The notes beneath the pieces were generated by a model that was not told where the DNA came from, searched no databases, and saw only the letters and a list, made by a program, of their open reading frames with translations. This document shows positions 46,544 to 60,419 of a stretch of DNA of 64,000 nucleotides, piece by piece; positions within the stretch are counted from its first letter, which is position 1; each line of letters starts with the position of its first letter. Both the position numbers and the translations under genes were made by a program. Source of the DNA: Candidatus Eiseniibacteriota bacterium (GTDB lineage Bacteria; Eisenbacteria; RBG-16-71-46; CAVPCR01). The DNA lies in assembly GCA_963702435.1 (NCBI GenBank), contig CAVPCR010000005.1, forward strand, positions 145,721-209,720, read 5' to 3'.

Positions 46544-48316
46544 TCAGGCGCGCGCGATCGCGCGGGCCACGATCTCCTGCGCCGCGCTCTGGATCGCGCG
46601 CAGATGATCCGCGCCCCGGAAGCTCTCGGCGTAGATCTTGTAAGTATCCTCGGTGCCCGAGGGGCGGGCCGCGAACCAGCCGCTCGCGGCCATCACCTTG
46701 AGGCCCCCGATCGGCTCGCCGTTCCCGGGCGCGGTGGTGAGCATGGCGATGATCGGCTCGCCGGCGAGCTCCGTCGCCGCGATCTGATCGGGCGCGAGCC
46801 GCGCGAGGATCGCTTTCTCGGCCGCCGTCGCCGGCGCGTCGATCCGCGCGTAGACCGGCTCGCCGAGCTCTGCCGCGAGCGCGCGGTAGAGCTCGCCCGG
46901 ATCGCGTCCGGTCCGCGCGGTCATCTCGGCCGCGAGAAGGCCCATCACCATCCCGTCCTTGTCGGTCGTCCACACCGTGCCGTCCCGCCGGAGGAAGGAG
47001 GCGCCCGCGCTCTCCTCCCCGGCGAACCCGAGGGTCCCGGCGGCGAGCCCCGGCACGAACCACTTGAAGCCGACCGGCACCTCGACCAGCGCGCGCCCGA
47101 GCTGCGCTGCGGCCCGGTCGATGAGCACGCTCGAGACCACCGTCTTCCCCACCCCCGCACCCGCCGGGAAGCCGGGACGATGGCGGAAGAGATAGCGGAC
47201 CGCGACCGCCAGGAAGTGATTGGGGTTCAGGAGCCCCGAGCTCTGGGTCACGATGCCGTGCCGGTCGTGGTCGGTGTCGTTGGCGAAGGCGACTGCGAAG
47301 CAGTCCCGGAGCGCGACGAGCGGCGCCATGGCGTACGGCGACGAGCAGTCCATGCGGATCTTCCCGTCCCAGTCGAGCGCCATGAAGCGGAAGGTCGGAT
47401 CGACGCCCGGGTTCACGACCTCGATCGCGATCCTGTACCGCTCGGCGATCGGGCCCCAATAGGCGACCCCGGCGCCGCCGAGCGGATCCACGCCGATCCG
47501 GATGCCGGCGCCCCGGATCGCGTCCATGTCGATCGCCGCCCCGAGATCGCCGGCGTAGCCGCCGATGTAATCGTGCGGCGTCGCGGCCTTCAGCGCTCGT
47601 TCGAACGGCGTGCGCCGGACACCGGCGAGGCCGGCGGCGAGGAGCGCGTTCGCCTCCTTCTCGATCCACGCGGTGACGGGCGTCTCGGCCGGACCGCCAT
47701 GGGGCGGGTTGTACTTGATCCCGCCGTCGGCGGGGGGGTTGTGCGACGGCGTGATCACGATGCCGTCGGCGAGCCCCTGCGTGCGCCCGCGATTGTGGGT
47801 GAGGATCGCGTGCGAGATGACCGGCGTCGGCGTGTAGCCCCGATCGCGATCCACGTGCACGGACACGTCGTTCGCGACGAGCACCTCGAGCGCGGTCGCG
47901 AAGGCGGGCTCGGCGAGCGCGTGCGTGTCCATGCCGAGGAAAAGAGGCCCCGTGATGCCCTGCGCGCGGCGGTACCGGCACACGGCCTCGGCCACCGCCA
48001 GGATGTGCGCCTCGTTGAAGGAGTTCGTGAGCGATGAGCCGCGATGCCCCGAAGTGCCGAAGGCCACGCGCTCGGCGGGCCGCGCCGGATCGGGGCGACC
48101 CGTGTAGTACGCGGTCACCAGGCGCGGCACGTTGACGAGCGCGGAGGCCGGCGCCGGCTGCCCGGCGAGCGGATGGAGGCCGGGCCCGGCGGACGCCGCT
48201 CCGTCCGTCGTGCGGGCTCTCCTGGTGCGGGCTCTCCTGGTGCGGTCTTCCTTCATACGGTCTTCCTTCGTGCGGTCTTCCTTCGTGCGGTCTTCCTTCA
48301 TGCGGTCTTCCTTCAT
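46544..48316 (-). CDS. pgm: phosphoglucomutase (alpha-D-glucose-phosphate specific) with an N-terminal [M/T]KEDR x5 + TRRAR x2 repeat extension
   Basis: [22 protein letters not shown]...[10 protein letters not shown]...[14 protein letters not shown] 48316 with a GGAGG RBS. The start overlaps the glgX stop (ATGA). Confidence 0.85.
   Translation of the reverse strand: MKEDRMKEDRTKEDRTKEDRMKEDRTRRARTRRARTTDGAASAGPGLHPLAGQPAPASALVNVPRLVTAYYTGRPDPARPAERVAFGTSGHRGSSLTNSFNEAHILAVAEAVCRYRRAQGITGPLFLGMDTHALAEPAFATALEVLVANDVSVHVDRDRGYTPTPVISHAILTHNRGRTQGLADGIVITPSHNPPADGGIKYNPPHGGPAETPVTAWIEKEANALLAAGLAGVRRTPFERALKAATPHDYIGGYAGDLGAAIDMDAIRGAGIRIGVDPLGGAGVAYWGPIAERYRIAIEVVNPGVDPTFRFMALDWDGKIRMDCSSPYAMAPLVALRDCFAVAFANDTDHDRHGIVTQSSGLLNPNHFLAVAVRYLFRHRPGFPAGAGVGKTVVSSVLIDRAAAQLGRALVEVPVGFKWFVPGLAAGTLGFAGEESAGASFLRRDGTVWTTDKDGMVMGLLAAEMTARTGRDPGELYRALAAELGEPVYARIDAPATAAEKAILARLAPDQIAATELAGEPIIAMLTTAPGNGEPIGGLKVMAASGWFAARPSGTEDTYKIYAESFRGADHLRAIQSAAQEIVARAIARA
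48210..48314. repeat. 15-bp tandem repeat x7 (gtgcggtcttccttc and variants) inside the pgm 5' coding region
   Basis: Seen directly. Encodes the KEDR pentapeptide repeats and supplies several in-frame ATGs. Confidence 0.85.
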
Positions 48317-50391
48317 GACGCCTCCGCGACGAGGATCACGAGCCCGCGTCCGACGACCGGCGCGCGCCGCGGGGCGGGGAGCGGGCGGCGCGCCCCCGGC
48401 TCGGAGTAGTCGCCGGGGGCCGCCGCCGCGGTGTCGACCGCGATCCGCCAGGTCGTCGTCGCGGGCGGGGCCGGGACCGCGAACACGACCGCCTCGGTCC
48501 CCGCGTTCGCCAGCAGGCAGAGATCGGATCCGCCGTCCCGGGATGCGCGGACATGCGCGCCGAGCGCGCGTTCCCGATCCCAGGTCGGAGCGCCGCCCGC
48601 CGGATCGAACCACGCCAGCTCCTCCGGCGTGTAGAACGACTCGCGGGCGAGGACGGGGTGGCCGGCCCGGAAGGCGATGAGCCCGCGCACGAAGCGCACG
48701 AGATCGCGATTCGCGGCGCACAGATCCCAGTCGAACCAGGAGATCTCGTTGTCCTGGCAGTAGGCGTTGTTGTTCCCGCGCTGCGTACGCCGGAACTCGT
48801 CACCGCCGAGGAGCATGGGCACACCCCGCGAAAAGAAGAGGGTGGCCAGCATGTTCCTGATCTGCCGGCGGCGGACCGCCTCGATCGCCGGATCGGCGGT
48901 CGGCCCTTCCTGGCCGTAGTTGGCACCCAGGTCGTGGTCGCTGCCGTCCCGCCCATTCTCGCTGTTGGCCCGGTTGTGCTTCCGCTCGTAGCTCACCAGA
49001 TCATTGAGCGTGAAGCCGTCGTGGGAGGTGACGAAGTTGATCGAGTTGATCGTGCGCTCGCCGGTGTGCTGGTACAGGTCGGCGCTCCCGGCGAGCCGCG
49101 TAGCGAAGGCGCCGCACATGCCGGGGTCGCCGCGCCAGAAGCGCCGCATGTCGTCGCGATAGTGTCCGTTCCACTCCGACCAGCGCGTGCCCGGGAAGCT
49201 CCCCACCTGATAGGCGCCGCCGGCATCCCAGGCCTCGGCGATGAGCTTCAGGTCCTGGAGCACCGCCGACTCGGCGATCGCCTCGAGGAGCGGCGGATTC
49301 GGGTGGAGCCGCCCGTCCTGGTCCCGGCCGAGCACCGAGGCCAGGTCGAAGCGGAAACCGTCCACGTGCATCTCGAGCGCCCAGTATCTGAGGCAGTCCA
49401 TGATGAAGGCACGGACGACCGGATGGTTGCAGTTGACCGTGTTCCCGCAGCCCGAGAAGTTCTGGTAGCGGCGCCGGTCGCCGTCCGCGAGCAGGTAGAA
49501 GATGCGGTTCATGAGCCCGCGGAAGTGGAGCGTGGGGCCGCGCTCGTCGCCCTCCGCCGTGTGATTGAAGACGACATCGAGGATCACCTCGATGCCGGCC
49601 TTGTGCAGCTCGCGCACCATGGTCTTGAACTCGGCGACCTGGGCGCCGGGACCCGAATCGGCGGCGTAGCCGGCGGCGGGCGCGAAGAAGCCGACCGAGC
49701 TGTAGCCCCAGTAGTTCCGGAGCCGCTGTCCGCTCTCCGGATCGGTGAGCGTGAGCTCCCGCGGGTTGAACTCGGCGACCGGCATGAGCTCGACGCTCTT
49801 CACCCCGAGCTCTTTGAGATAGGGGATCTTCGCAACGAGGCCACGGAAGGTGCCGGGTTGCGCGACCGCGGACGACGGATGCATGGTGAAACCGCGCACG
49901 TGCATCTCGTAGATCACGGTCCGCGACCACGGGTGGCGGAGCGGACGATCGCCCTGCCAGTCGAAGTGCGGATCGATGACCAGGCTCCGCGCGCGCCAGC
50001 GCGCGTCGGCGGCGTCGTGCCCGTCGTTCCACCAGGCGGGTGCGAGCGCCTGCGCGTACGGATCGAGGAGGACCTGGCGCCGGTCGAAACGATGGCCGTC
50101 CGCGGGGTCGTCCGGACCGTCGACCCGGTAGGCGTAGGCCTGCCCCGCGGCGACTCCGGCCACCCACACGTGCCACATGTCCCCGGTCCGGTTCCGGACC
50201 GGATCGAGCTCGATCGTGACCGCCGGCTCGGCGGCAGCGGGATCGGCGTAGAGGAGGAGCCAGACGCGGGTCGCATGCCGGCTCGCGAGCGCGAAATTGG
50301 CGCCGCCATCCACGAGATGCGCGCCCGGCGGCAACGGGAATCCGGTGTCGGTGCGCGGCGCGGCGCCGTTGGTTGCAGAGTCGCCGCTCAT
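48313..50391 (-). CDS. glgX: glycogen debranching enzyme GlgX (GH13 isoamylase-type)
   Basis: N-terminal CBM48-like region, then GH13 catalytic motifs ([30 protein letters not shown]...). Confidence 0.85.
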   Translation of the reverse strand: MSGDSATNGAAPRTDTGFPLPPGAHLVDGGANFALASRHATRVWLLLYADPAAAEPAVTIELDPVRNRTGDMWHVWVAGVAAGQAYAYRVDGPDDPADGHRFDRRQVLLDPYAQALAPAWWNDGHDAADARWRARSLVIDPHFDWQGDRPLRHPWSRTVIYEMHVRGFTMHPSSAVAQPGTFRGLVAKIPYLKELGVKSVELMPVAEFNPRELTLTDPESGQRLRNYWGYSSVGFFAPAAGYAADSGPGAQVAEFKTMVRELHKAGIEVILDVVFNHTAEGDERGPTLHFRGLMNRIFYLLADGDRRRYQNFSGCGNTVNCNHPVVRAFIMDCLRYWALEMHVDGFRFDLASVLGRDQDGRLHPNPPLLEAIAESAVLQDLKLIAEAWDAGGAYQVGSFPGTRWSEWNGHYRDDMRRFWRGDPGMCGAFATRLAGSADLYQHTGERTINSINFVTSHDGFTLNDLVSYERKHNRANSENGRDGSDHDLGANYGQEGPTADPAIEAVRRRQIRNMLATLFFSRGVPMLLGGDEFRRTQRGNNNAYCQDNEISWFDWDLCAANRDLVRFVRGLIAFRAGHPVLARESFYTPEELAWFDPAGGAPTWDRERALGAHVRASRDGGSDLCLLANAGTEAVVFAVPAPPATTTWRIAVDTAAAAPGDYSEPGARRPLPAPRRAPVVGRGLVILVAEAS

Positions 50392-50395
50392 CGCT

Positions 50396-51154
50396 CTAGC
50401 CGGCGTGGACCAGCGCGGCCGCGGCGCGATCCACGAAGAAGAGGAGCGCGCCGTTCTCCGGCTCGACGCGCGCTGCGGGCAGCGTGACGCCGGCGACCGT
50501 GCCGCGCACGACGGCGGCAACCGCCCGCGCCTTGGCGCTCCCGGCGACCAGGAAGACGACGCGCGCAGCCGCATTGAGCACGGGCAGCGTGAGGGTCATC
50601 CGTCGTGCGACGAGGCCCTCGACGGTAGCGGGCAGGACGAGCCGCCACCTCTCGTCGAGCGCCGGCGAGCCCGGAAAGAGCGAGGCCGTGTGCCCGTCGG
50701 CGCCAAGGCCGAGGAGGATGAGATCGAAGCGCGGGAGCTCGTCGCCCGCGAGCGCGAAGAAGGCCCGGAGCTCGTCCTCGTAGCGCGCCGCCGCCTGCTC
50801 CGGCGCGGGATCCTCGCCCTGCATGCGATGCACCTGATCGCCGGGGATCTGCACGTGATCGAGGAGGCTCTCCTTCACCATCCGGAAGTTGCTCTCCGGA
50901 TGGTCGGGCGGCACGCAGCGCTCGTCCCCGAAGAAGAGATGGGTCACCGCCCACGGCACGCGATCGCGATAGGCACCGCTGGCGAGCAGCGAGTAGAGGC
51001 TCCGCGGCGTCGCGCCGCCGGCGAGCGCCACGGTGAAGCGCCCGTTCTCCACCACGCGCGCGCGAGCGAGCGCCGTGAAGTGCTCGGCCGCGCGCAGGCT
51101 GAGCGCCGCCAGGTCGGTGCACTCGACGATCTCGCGCCGGTCCGCCCTGCTCAT
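50396..51154 (-). CDS. pgl: 6-phosphogluconolactonase
   Basis: ALAGGATPRSLY...LFFGDERCVP...LGLGADGHTASLFPGS motifs. Confidence 0.8.
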   Translation of the reverse strand: MSRADRREIVECTDLAALSLRAAEHFTALARARVVENGRFTVALAGGATPRSLYSLLASGAYRDRVPWAVTHLFFGDERCVPPDHPESNFRMVKESLLDHVQIPGDQVHRMQGEDPAPEQAAARYEDELRAFFALAGDELPRFDLILLGLGADGHTASLFPGSPALDERWRLVLPATVEGLVARRMTLTLPVLNAAARVVFLVAGSAKARAVAAVVRGTVAGVTLPAARVEPENGALLFFVDRAAAALVHAG

Positions 51155-51245
51155 GGCCGGCGGGCCTCGCCGTTCGACGGCAAGCCGAAGCGAGCCTCGA
51201 ATGCAGCCTCCATCCTTCCTCCGGGACCGCGGCCGACAGCCGCGC

Positions 51246-52241
51246 TCAGCGCTCGCGCCAGGACTTGAGGACCTTGATGTAGTTCGCGCGCTCCAGGGCT
51301 TCCGCGTCCGGACAGGTCGCCAGGTTCATGCTGCCCCGCATCTGGGCCAGCGAATGGTACTCATGCTCTTCCATCCAGGTGACCATGTCCCCGCGGATCT
51401 TCGCGAGCGCATCCGGGCCCTTCTGCAGGAGCTCGGACACGACCTGCACCGCGTGCGCTCCGGCCATCACCGACTTGACCGCGTCGAGCGCGGTGTGCAC
51501 GCCACCCGTGACCGCGAACGAGGTCTCGAGCTGGCTCGAGAGGATGGCGAGCCAGCGCAGCCGCAGCGTGAGCTCGGAGCTGTTCGAGAGGTGCAGGGTC
51601 GGCACGACCTCGAGCGCGTCCACGTCGATGTCGGGCTGGTAGAAGCGGTTGAAGAGGACGAGCCCGTCGGCGCCGGCCCCGGCCAGCCGCCGCGCGGTGT
51701 GCGCGAGCGAGGTGTAGAACGGCGAGAGCTTGAGCGCCACCGGGATGGTGACCGCGCCCTTCACCGCCCGCACCATCTCGACGGTCCGCTCCTCGAGCGA
51801 CTGGCCGTCGGTCTCCGGGTCGGAGGCCAACGAGTAGACGTTGAGCTCGAGCGCATCGGCGCCCGCCTCCTCCATGAGCCGGGCGTACTCGAGCCAGCCG
51901 CCGAGGGTCGTGCCGTTGAGCGAGGCGATCACCGGCACCGCCACCGTGCGCTTCACCCGACGCAGATGATCGAGGTATTCCTCCGGCCCGAGCCGGAACC
52001 AGTCCGGATCGGGGAGAAAGCTCCGCGCCTCGGCGGAGAACTCGCTTTGCTCGTCGGTGTGACGGAAGGCCGCAATCTGCTCGCGGGTGATCTGCTCCTC
52101 GAACAGGGAGTGCATGACGATCGCCGACGCGCCGGCGTCCTCGAGCCGCTTGACCTGGCCGAGGTCTTCCATGAGCGGCGACGCTCCGGGCATGAAGGGA
52201 TGCGCGAGATCGAGGCCCAGGTACTTGGTCGAAAGATCCAT
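51246..52241 (-). CDS. dihydroorotate dehydrogenase-family (DHO_dh fold) flavoprotein
   Basis: TIM-barrel FMN oxidoreductase pattern (VIASLNG..., LELNVYS, VALKLSPF, LVLFNRF). Sits immediately downstream of nifJ. Confidence 0.55.
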   Translation of the reverse strand: MDLSTKYLGLDLAHPFMPGASPLMEDLGQVKRLEDAGASAIVMHSLFEEQITREQIAAFRHTDEQSEFSAEARSFLPDPDWFRLGPEEYLDHLRRVKRTVAVPVIASLNGTTLGGWLEYARLMEEAGADALELNVYSLASDPETDGQSLEERTVEMVRAVKGAVTIPVALKLSPFYTSLAHTARRLAGAGADGLVLFNRFYQPDIDVDALEVVPTLHLSNSSELTLRLRWLAILSSQLETSFAVTGGVHTALDAVKSVMAGAHAVQVVSELLQKGPDALAKIRGDMVTWMEEHEYHSLAQMRGSMNLATCPDAEALERANYIKVLKSWRER

Positions 52242-52250
52242 GGCTCCCTC

Positions 52251-55862
<3,612 letters not shown>

Positions 55863-56236
55863 GGAAGGTTTCCTCACATCGGATGGGCCGGCCAGAGTCG
55901 TCGCGCCGCCGGCTTCCGCTGCCGTGCGGACATTTGGAACCGCCGAATGGCCGGCGCGACCGGAAACAAAGGAGGGGCGGGATGGGGGCCGCGAGAGGCG
56001 CCGCCGCCCGCGGCAAGCCGCGATGGTGATACGGAGCCTGTATCGTCCAAGACCGCAGAACCCTGGGGATAGAAACCGACCGTCGCCCGGCAGCGTAGCA
56101 CCGCGGCGGCGAGAAAGCAAAGCACGGGAAGCAGCGGGCCGGAGAGCAGTTGGCCGGGCCAGACGCCGAGGGCCCGCGCCGGCAACCGGCGCGGGCCCTC
56201 ATCATGGCGATGGGCGCGATCTGCCCCCGGCGGGAC

Positions 56237-56884
56237 CTACCTCGCCGCGCCTGTCAGCGCCTGGTACTTCGCCAGCTGCTCCGGCGTGAGGACCTTGGCG
56301 ACCTCCTTGTCGAGATCGGCATAGATCTTCTCGAGACTCTGCCGCCCCTTCTCGATGTCGGCCGGCTCGACCTTCCCCTTGTCGCCGATTTCCTGGAGGA
56401 GATCCAGTGCGCCCTGTGTCGACTTGATCGCCACCGGCTCGAGCTTGGTCACCTGGTCATCGGTGAGACCGAGGAGGATGCGCCAGTCGGCCAGGCTCTC
56501 GTCGGCCGCCGCCTCGACGAAAGCCTTCTCGATCTTGTCGCGCAGGTCCGGCATCTTCTTCTGCTGCTCGGGCGTGAGGATCTGCTGTGCCTTCTTCTGG
56601 AAATCGTCCTTGATCTTCTTGCGCTCGGCCAGGAAGCGGTTGAGATCCGGGGGGTTGCCGGCCTCGAGCGTGTCGAGCGCCGCATCCATCCTCACGACGC
56701 GCTCCACGATCACCGGCTTGAGCTGGAGGACCTGCTCGTCGGAGAGCTTGAGCCACTCCTTCAAGCTGGTCGCCGTCGCGGCGCCGGGATCGGGATCCGC
56801 GGCGAGAACGGCAGCCGCCGCTGCCATGAGCAGCAGGGCGACAAGGGCCGCCAGGCGGCGGCCGGAGAGTGATCCAAGGGCCAT
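56237..56884 (-). CDS. periplasmic LTXXQ-motif protein (Spy/CpxP-like)
   Basis: Signal peptide. Two LTPEQ motifs in a helical, Lys/Glu-rich protein. AGGAG RBS. Confidence 0.55.
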   Translation of the reverse strand: MALGSLSGRRLAALVALLLMAAAAAVLAADPDPGAATATSLKEWLKLSDEQVLQLKPVIVERVVRMDAALDTLEAGNPPDLNRFLAERKKIKDDFQKKAQQILTPEQQKKMPDLRDKIEKAFVEAAADESLADWRILLGLTDDQVTKLEPVAIKSTQGALDLLQEIGDKGKVEPADIEKGRQSLEKIYADLDKEVAKVLTPEQLAKYQALTGAAR

Positions 56885-57386
56885 GGGGCAACTCCTGTGT
56901 GTCTTGAGTTTGACAATCTGGAAACGATGGTGAAGTCGCACTGTTGCGGCAGCCATTATCGAAGGTCGCGGCCGCTCCGTCAAGCCGGCTCACCGCGGAT
57001 CGGGGTGGCCTCAGACCGGCGCGAGCACGTAGATCACCCACGGCGCGATCGCCGTTTCGTTCACCCATGCGTAGGGCTCGTCCACCCGCCCCAGCGGCCG
57101 GTGGACCGCCACTCGCTCGAGGCGGGCAGCCGCGTACACCTCCGCGTAGGACTCCTCCGACCACAGCACGTCCTCGACCGGGCGCGGATCGCCGCCCTCG
57201 GTGATCACGATGCGCACCGGATCCCCGCTTCGCGCGTGCCGGTTTTCCGGGAAGTCGCGCGTCGAGAAGGAAGCCCACTCGTGCCAGTAGATCTCGGGCG
57301 CCGAAACGAGATTGACGAGGCGCCCGCCGGCACACGATTCCCGGGCGCATTGTCCGCCTCCCCCCGAACGCCTATAGTTCCACGCC

Positions 57387-58868
57387 ATGGGCGCACCGAA
57401 CTCCGTGAACGGGAATCACCGGGCCGCCCTCGAGCGGATCGCCCGCCGGGCGATGCTCGAGCGCGGACTCCGCCCCGACTTCCCGCCGGCCGCGCTCGCG
57501 GCCGCCGCCGCGGTCGAACCGGCATCGCTCGACCGCGACCCCGGGCGGCAGGATCTCCGCCATCTCCTCTGGGCCTCGATCGACAACGACGACTCGCGCG
57601 ACCTGGATCAGCTGACGGCGGCCGTCCCGCAGGCGAACGGGGCGACGCGCATCCTGGTCGCGATCGCCGAGGTGGACGCTCTCGTCGAGAAGGACTCGGC
57701 GATCGACGAGCATGCACGCCACAACACGACCTCGATCTACACTCCCGCGCGCATCTTCCCGATGCTGCCCGAGCGGCTATCGACCGACCTGACGTCGCTC
57801 GCTCCCGGCCGGGACCGCGCCGCGATCGTCGTCGACATGACGGTCGCGCCGGACGGCCGGCTCCGCGCCGCCGAGATCTATCGCGCCGTCGTGCGAAACC
57901 ACGCCCAGCTCGCCTACGCGAGCGTCGCCGCCTGGCTCGAGGGGACGGAGCCGCTTCCGGCGGCCGCCGCTGCGGTCCCCGGTCTCGACGCGAACCTCCG
58001 GCTGCAGGAGGCGGCCGCGGAGTGCCTCCGCAGCCGGCGCCACGAGCAGGGGGCGCTCGACCTCGCGACCATCCAGGCCCGCCCGGTATTCGCCGGCGAC
58101 GTGGTCGTCGATCTCGAGATCGACGAGAAGAACCGCGCGAAGTCGCTGATCGAGGACCTCATGATCGCGGCCAACGGCGTGACGGCGCGCTTCCTTGAGG
58201 CGAAGCAGGTGCCGTCGCTCCGGCGGGTCGTCCCCGTTCCGCGCCGCTGGGAGCGGATCGCCGACCTGGCTGCCGCGCTCGGCGAGCGCCTGCCGGCGCG
58301 CCCCGATGCGAGAGCGCTCGCCGAGGTCCTCGACCGCGAGCGGGAGAAGGACCCGCTTCGCTTCCCCGATCTCTCGCTCGCCGTCGTCAAGCTCCTCGGT
58401 TCCGGCGAGTACACGGTCGAGCATCCCAGCGAGGCGCCGGAGGGGCACTTCGGGCTCGCCGTCCGCGACTACACGCACTCGACGGCGCCCAATCGGCGGT
58501 TCCCCGATCTCATCACCCAGCGGCTCGTCAAGGCGGCGCTCGCCGGCGAGCCGATGCCGTACGCTGCGATCGAGCTCGAGGCGCTGGCGCGCCACTGCAC
58601 GCGGAAGGAAGACGATGCCGACAAGGTGGAGCGACTCGTCAGCAAGGCGGCGGCCGCGCTTCTCTTCCGGTCCCGCATCGGCCAGCGATTCGACGCGCTC
58701 GTCACCGGCGCCTCGCCCAAGGGAACCTGGGTGCGCACCCTCGATCCGCCGGTGGAGGGCATGCTGATCGCCGGCGCCGGCGTGGATGTCGGCGACCGGG
58801 TCCGCGTCGAACTGGTGAGCGCCGACGTCGAGAACGGCTACATCGACTTCCGAACGACTGCGCGCTGA
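57387..58868 (+). CDS. RNB-domain 3'-5' exoribonuclease (short RNase II/R-family member lacking N-terminal cold-shock domains)
   Basis: SIDNDDSRDLDQ, IYTPARIFPMLPE, EDLMIAANGVTARF and DYTHSTAPNRRFPDLITQR RNB motifs. C-terminal S1-like segment. Confidence 0.75.
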   Translation: MGAPNSVNGNHRAALERIARRAMLERGLRPDFPPAALAAAAAVEPASLDRDPGRQDLRHLLWASIDNDDSRDLDQLTAAVPQANGATRILVAIAEVDALVEKDSAIDEHARHNTTSIYTPARIFPMLPERLSTDLTSLAPGRDRAAIVVDMTVAPDGRLRAAEIYRAVVRNHAQLAYASVAAWLEGTEPLPAAAAAVPGLDANLRLQEAAAECLRSRRHEQGALDLATIQARPVFAGDVVVDLEIDEKNRAKSLIEDLMIAANGVTARFLEAKQVPSLRRVVPVPRRWERIADLAAALGERLPARPDARALAEVLDREREKDPLRFPDLSLAVVKLLGSGEYTVEHPSEAPEGHFGLAVRDYTHSTAPNRRFPDLITQRLVKAALAGEPMPYAAIELEALARHCTRKEDDADKVERLVSKAAAALLFRSRIGQRFDALVTGASPKGTWVRTLDPPVEGMLIAGAGVDVGDRVRVELVSADVENGYIDFRTTAR

Positions 58869-58901
58869 GACGGGGTCTCGAGGCGCGAGATGAGGTGAAA
58901 C

Positions 58902-59489
58902 ATGAGTCTGCACATCCTGGGCATCGCCGGCAGCCTGCGCCGCGGGTCGTACAACCGCGCCCTCCTGCGGGCCGCCGCCGGCCTCCTCCCTGCCGACACG
59001 GTCATCCAGACGGCGGAGATCGGCGGGCTCCCGCTCTACGACGCCGACCTCGAGGCGATGGGCGTGCCCGCCGCCGTGGTCGAGCTCAAAGCCCGCGTGC
59101 GCGCCGCCGACGCCCTCCTGATCGCGACCCCGGAGTACAACACTTCGGTCCCCGGCGTCCTGAAGAACGCGCTCGACTGGCTCTCGCGCCCGCCCGATCA
59201 GGTCCTCGACGGCAAGCCGGCGGCCATCATGGGCGCCTCCCCCGGCATGTTCGGAACCGCGCGCTCCCAGCAGCACCTGCGGCAGATCGCGACGACCCTG
59301 AACCTCCTCGTCCTGGCCAAGCCGGATGTGTTCGTACCGCGCGCCGCGGAGAAGTTCAGCGCCGAGGGCGAGCTCACCGACGAGCGGAGCCGCGAGGCGG
59401 TGCGAAAGCTCGTCTTCGCGCTCCGCGACTGGACGCTCCGCCTGCGCGTGGCGGAGGGCGGCCCCGGCACCCCACCGGTGTCAGTCTGA
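58902..59489 (+). CDS. NADPH-dependent FMN reductase
   Basis: ILGIAGSLRRGSYNRALL...LIATPEYNTSVPGVLKNALDWLS flavodoxin-like signature. Confidence 0.8.
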   Translation: MSLHILGIAGSLRRGSYNRALLRAAAGLLPADTVIQTAEIGGLPLYDADLEAMGVPAAVVELKARVRAADALLIATPEYNTSVPGVLKNALDWLSRPPDQVLDGKPAAIMGASPGMFGTARSQQHLRQIATTLNLLVLAKPDVFVPRAAEKFSAEGELTDERSREAVRKLVFALRDWTLRLRVAEGGPGTPPVSV

Positions 59490-59633
59490 CCGTCAGATCT
59501 CCTCTGCGGTCCCGGGGGAGTCGCGCCGGATGAACGTCTCGTGAACCGCGAAAACGAAGACCCCGGTGGATCGCTCCACCGGGGCCCCTGGTGTGGATTC
59601 GCCTTCGAATCCGGTCTTGTTGTCGATTTCGGT

Positions 59634-59924
59634 CTAGTAGTAGGAGCCGCGCCGGCCGCCGCTGCCGCTGCCGGTACGCTCGCGCGCCTCGTTGACGGCG
59701 ATCGAGCGACCGCCCATCTCCTGGCCGTTGAGCGCGCTGATGGCAGCCTCCGCATCGGTCTGGTTCGCCATCTCGACGAAGGCGAAGCCGCGCGGGCGGC
59801 CGGTGTCGCGATCGGTGACGATCGACACCTGCGAAACAGTGCGCCCATCGGCCTCGAAGAGGCGGCGCAGTTCGTTCTCGTCGATCTCGTAAGGCAGGTT
59901 GCCTACATAAAGTCTGGTACCCAT
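59634..59924 (-). CDS. RRM-type RNA-binding protein with a Gly/Arg tail
   Basis: RNP2 LYVGNL and RNP1 RGFAFVEM motifs. Confidence 0.85.
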   Translation of the reverse strand: MGTRLYVGNLPYEIDENELRRLFEADGRTVSQVSIVTDRDTGRPRGFAFVEMANQTDAEAAISALNGQEMGGRSIAVNEARERTGSGSGGRRGSYY

Positions 59925-60419
59925 GTCTCTAACTCCCTATTCCTGACAGGTTCCGCACGCCGATCCCGCAGCCATACCGGCGTCTCGGAAAGGAGAAGCA
60001 GACATGGTCCGGCGAGGCGCCGGGGGTTCCGAAGAGCCACAAGCCGCCAAAAAAAGACGCCGCGGGAACAGGTCCTCCGCGGCGAGACTTTCTTTTGCGT
60101 CTTGTTGCCGCCGGCCAGCCGGCGGTCCGGATCCCACTAGCACTATCGGGTTCCGGGCGAGCGGAGTCAAGCGTTCATTTGGCTCTTTCTCCCGCGGACC
60201 CGCCGCGGCCCGCCGCTTGCTACCGGTCGCCTGGAGGAAGATGGTACTGCCAATGGCCTTACCGATGCGGGCCCCCGGGCGCGCGCCCGGGCGTTGCGGA
60301 GGCGGCGCGGGCGTCGCGGAGGCGGCGACCCGTTACCAGGCCCTTGATCCGGCCCGCCGACCACGGTACATTCCGCGCGGTGGGGGATCATCCACCCACC
60401 GATTGTGAGGAGAGACCGC

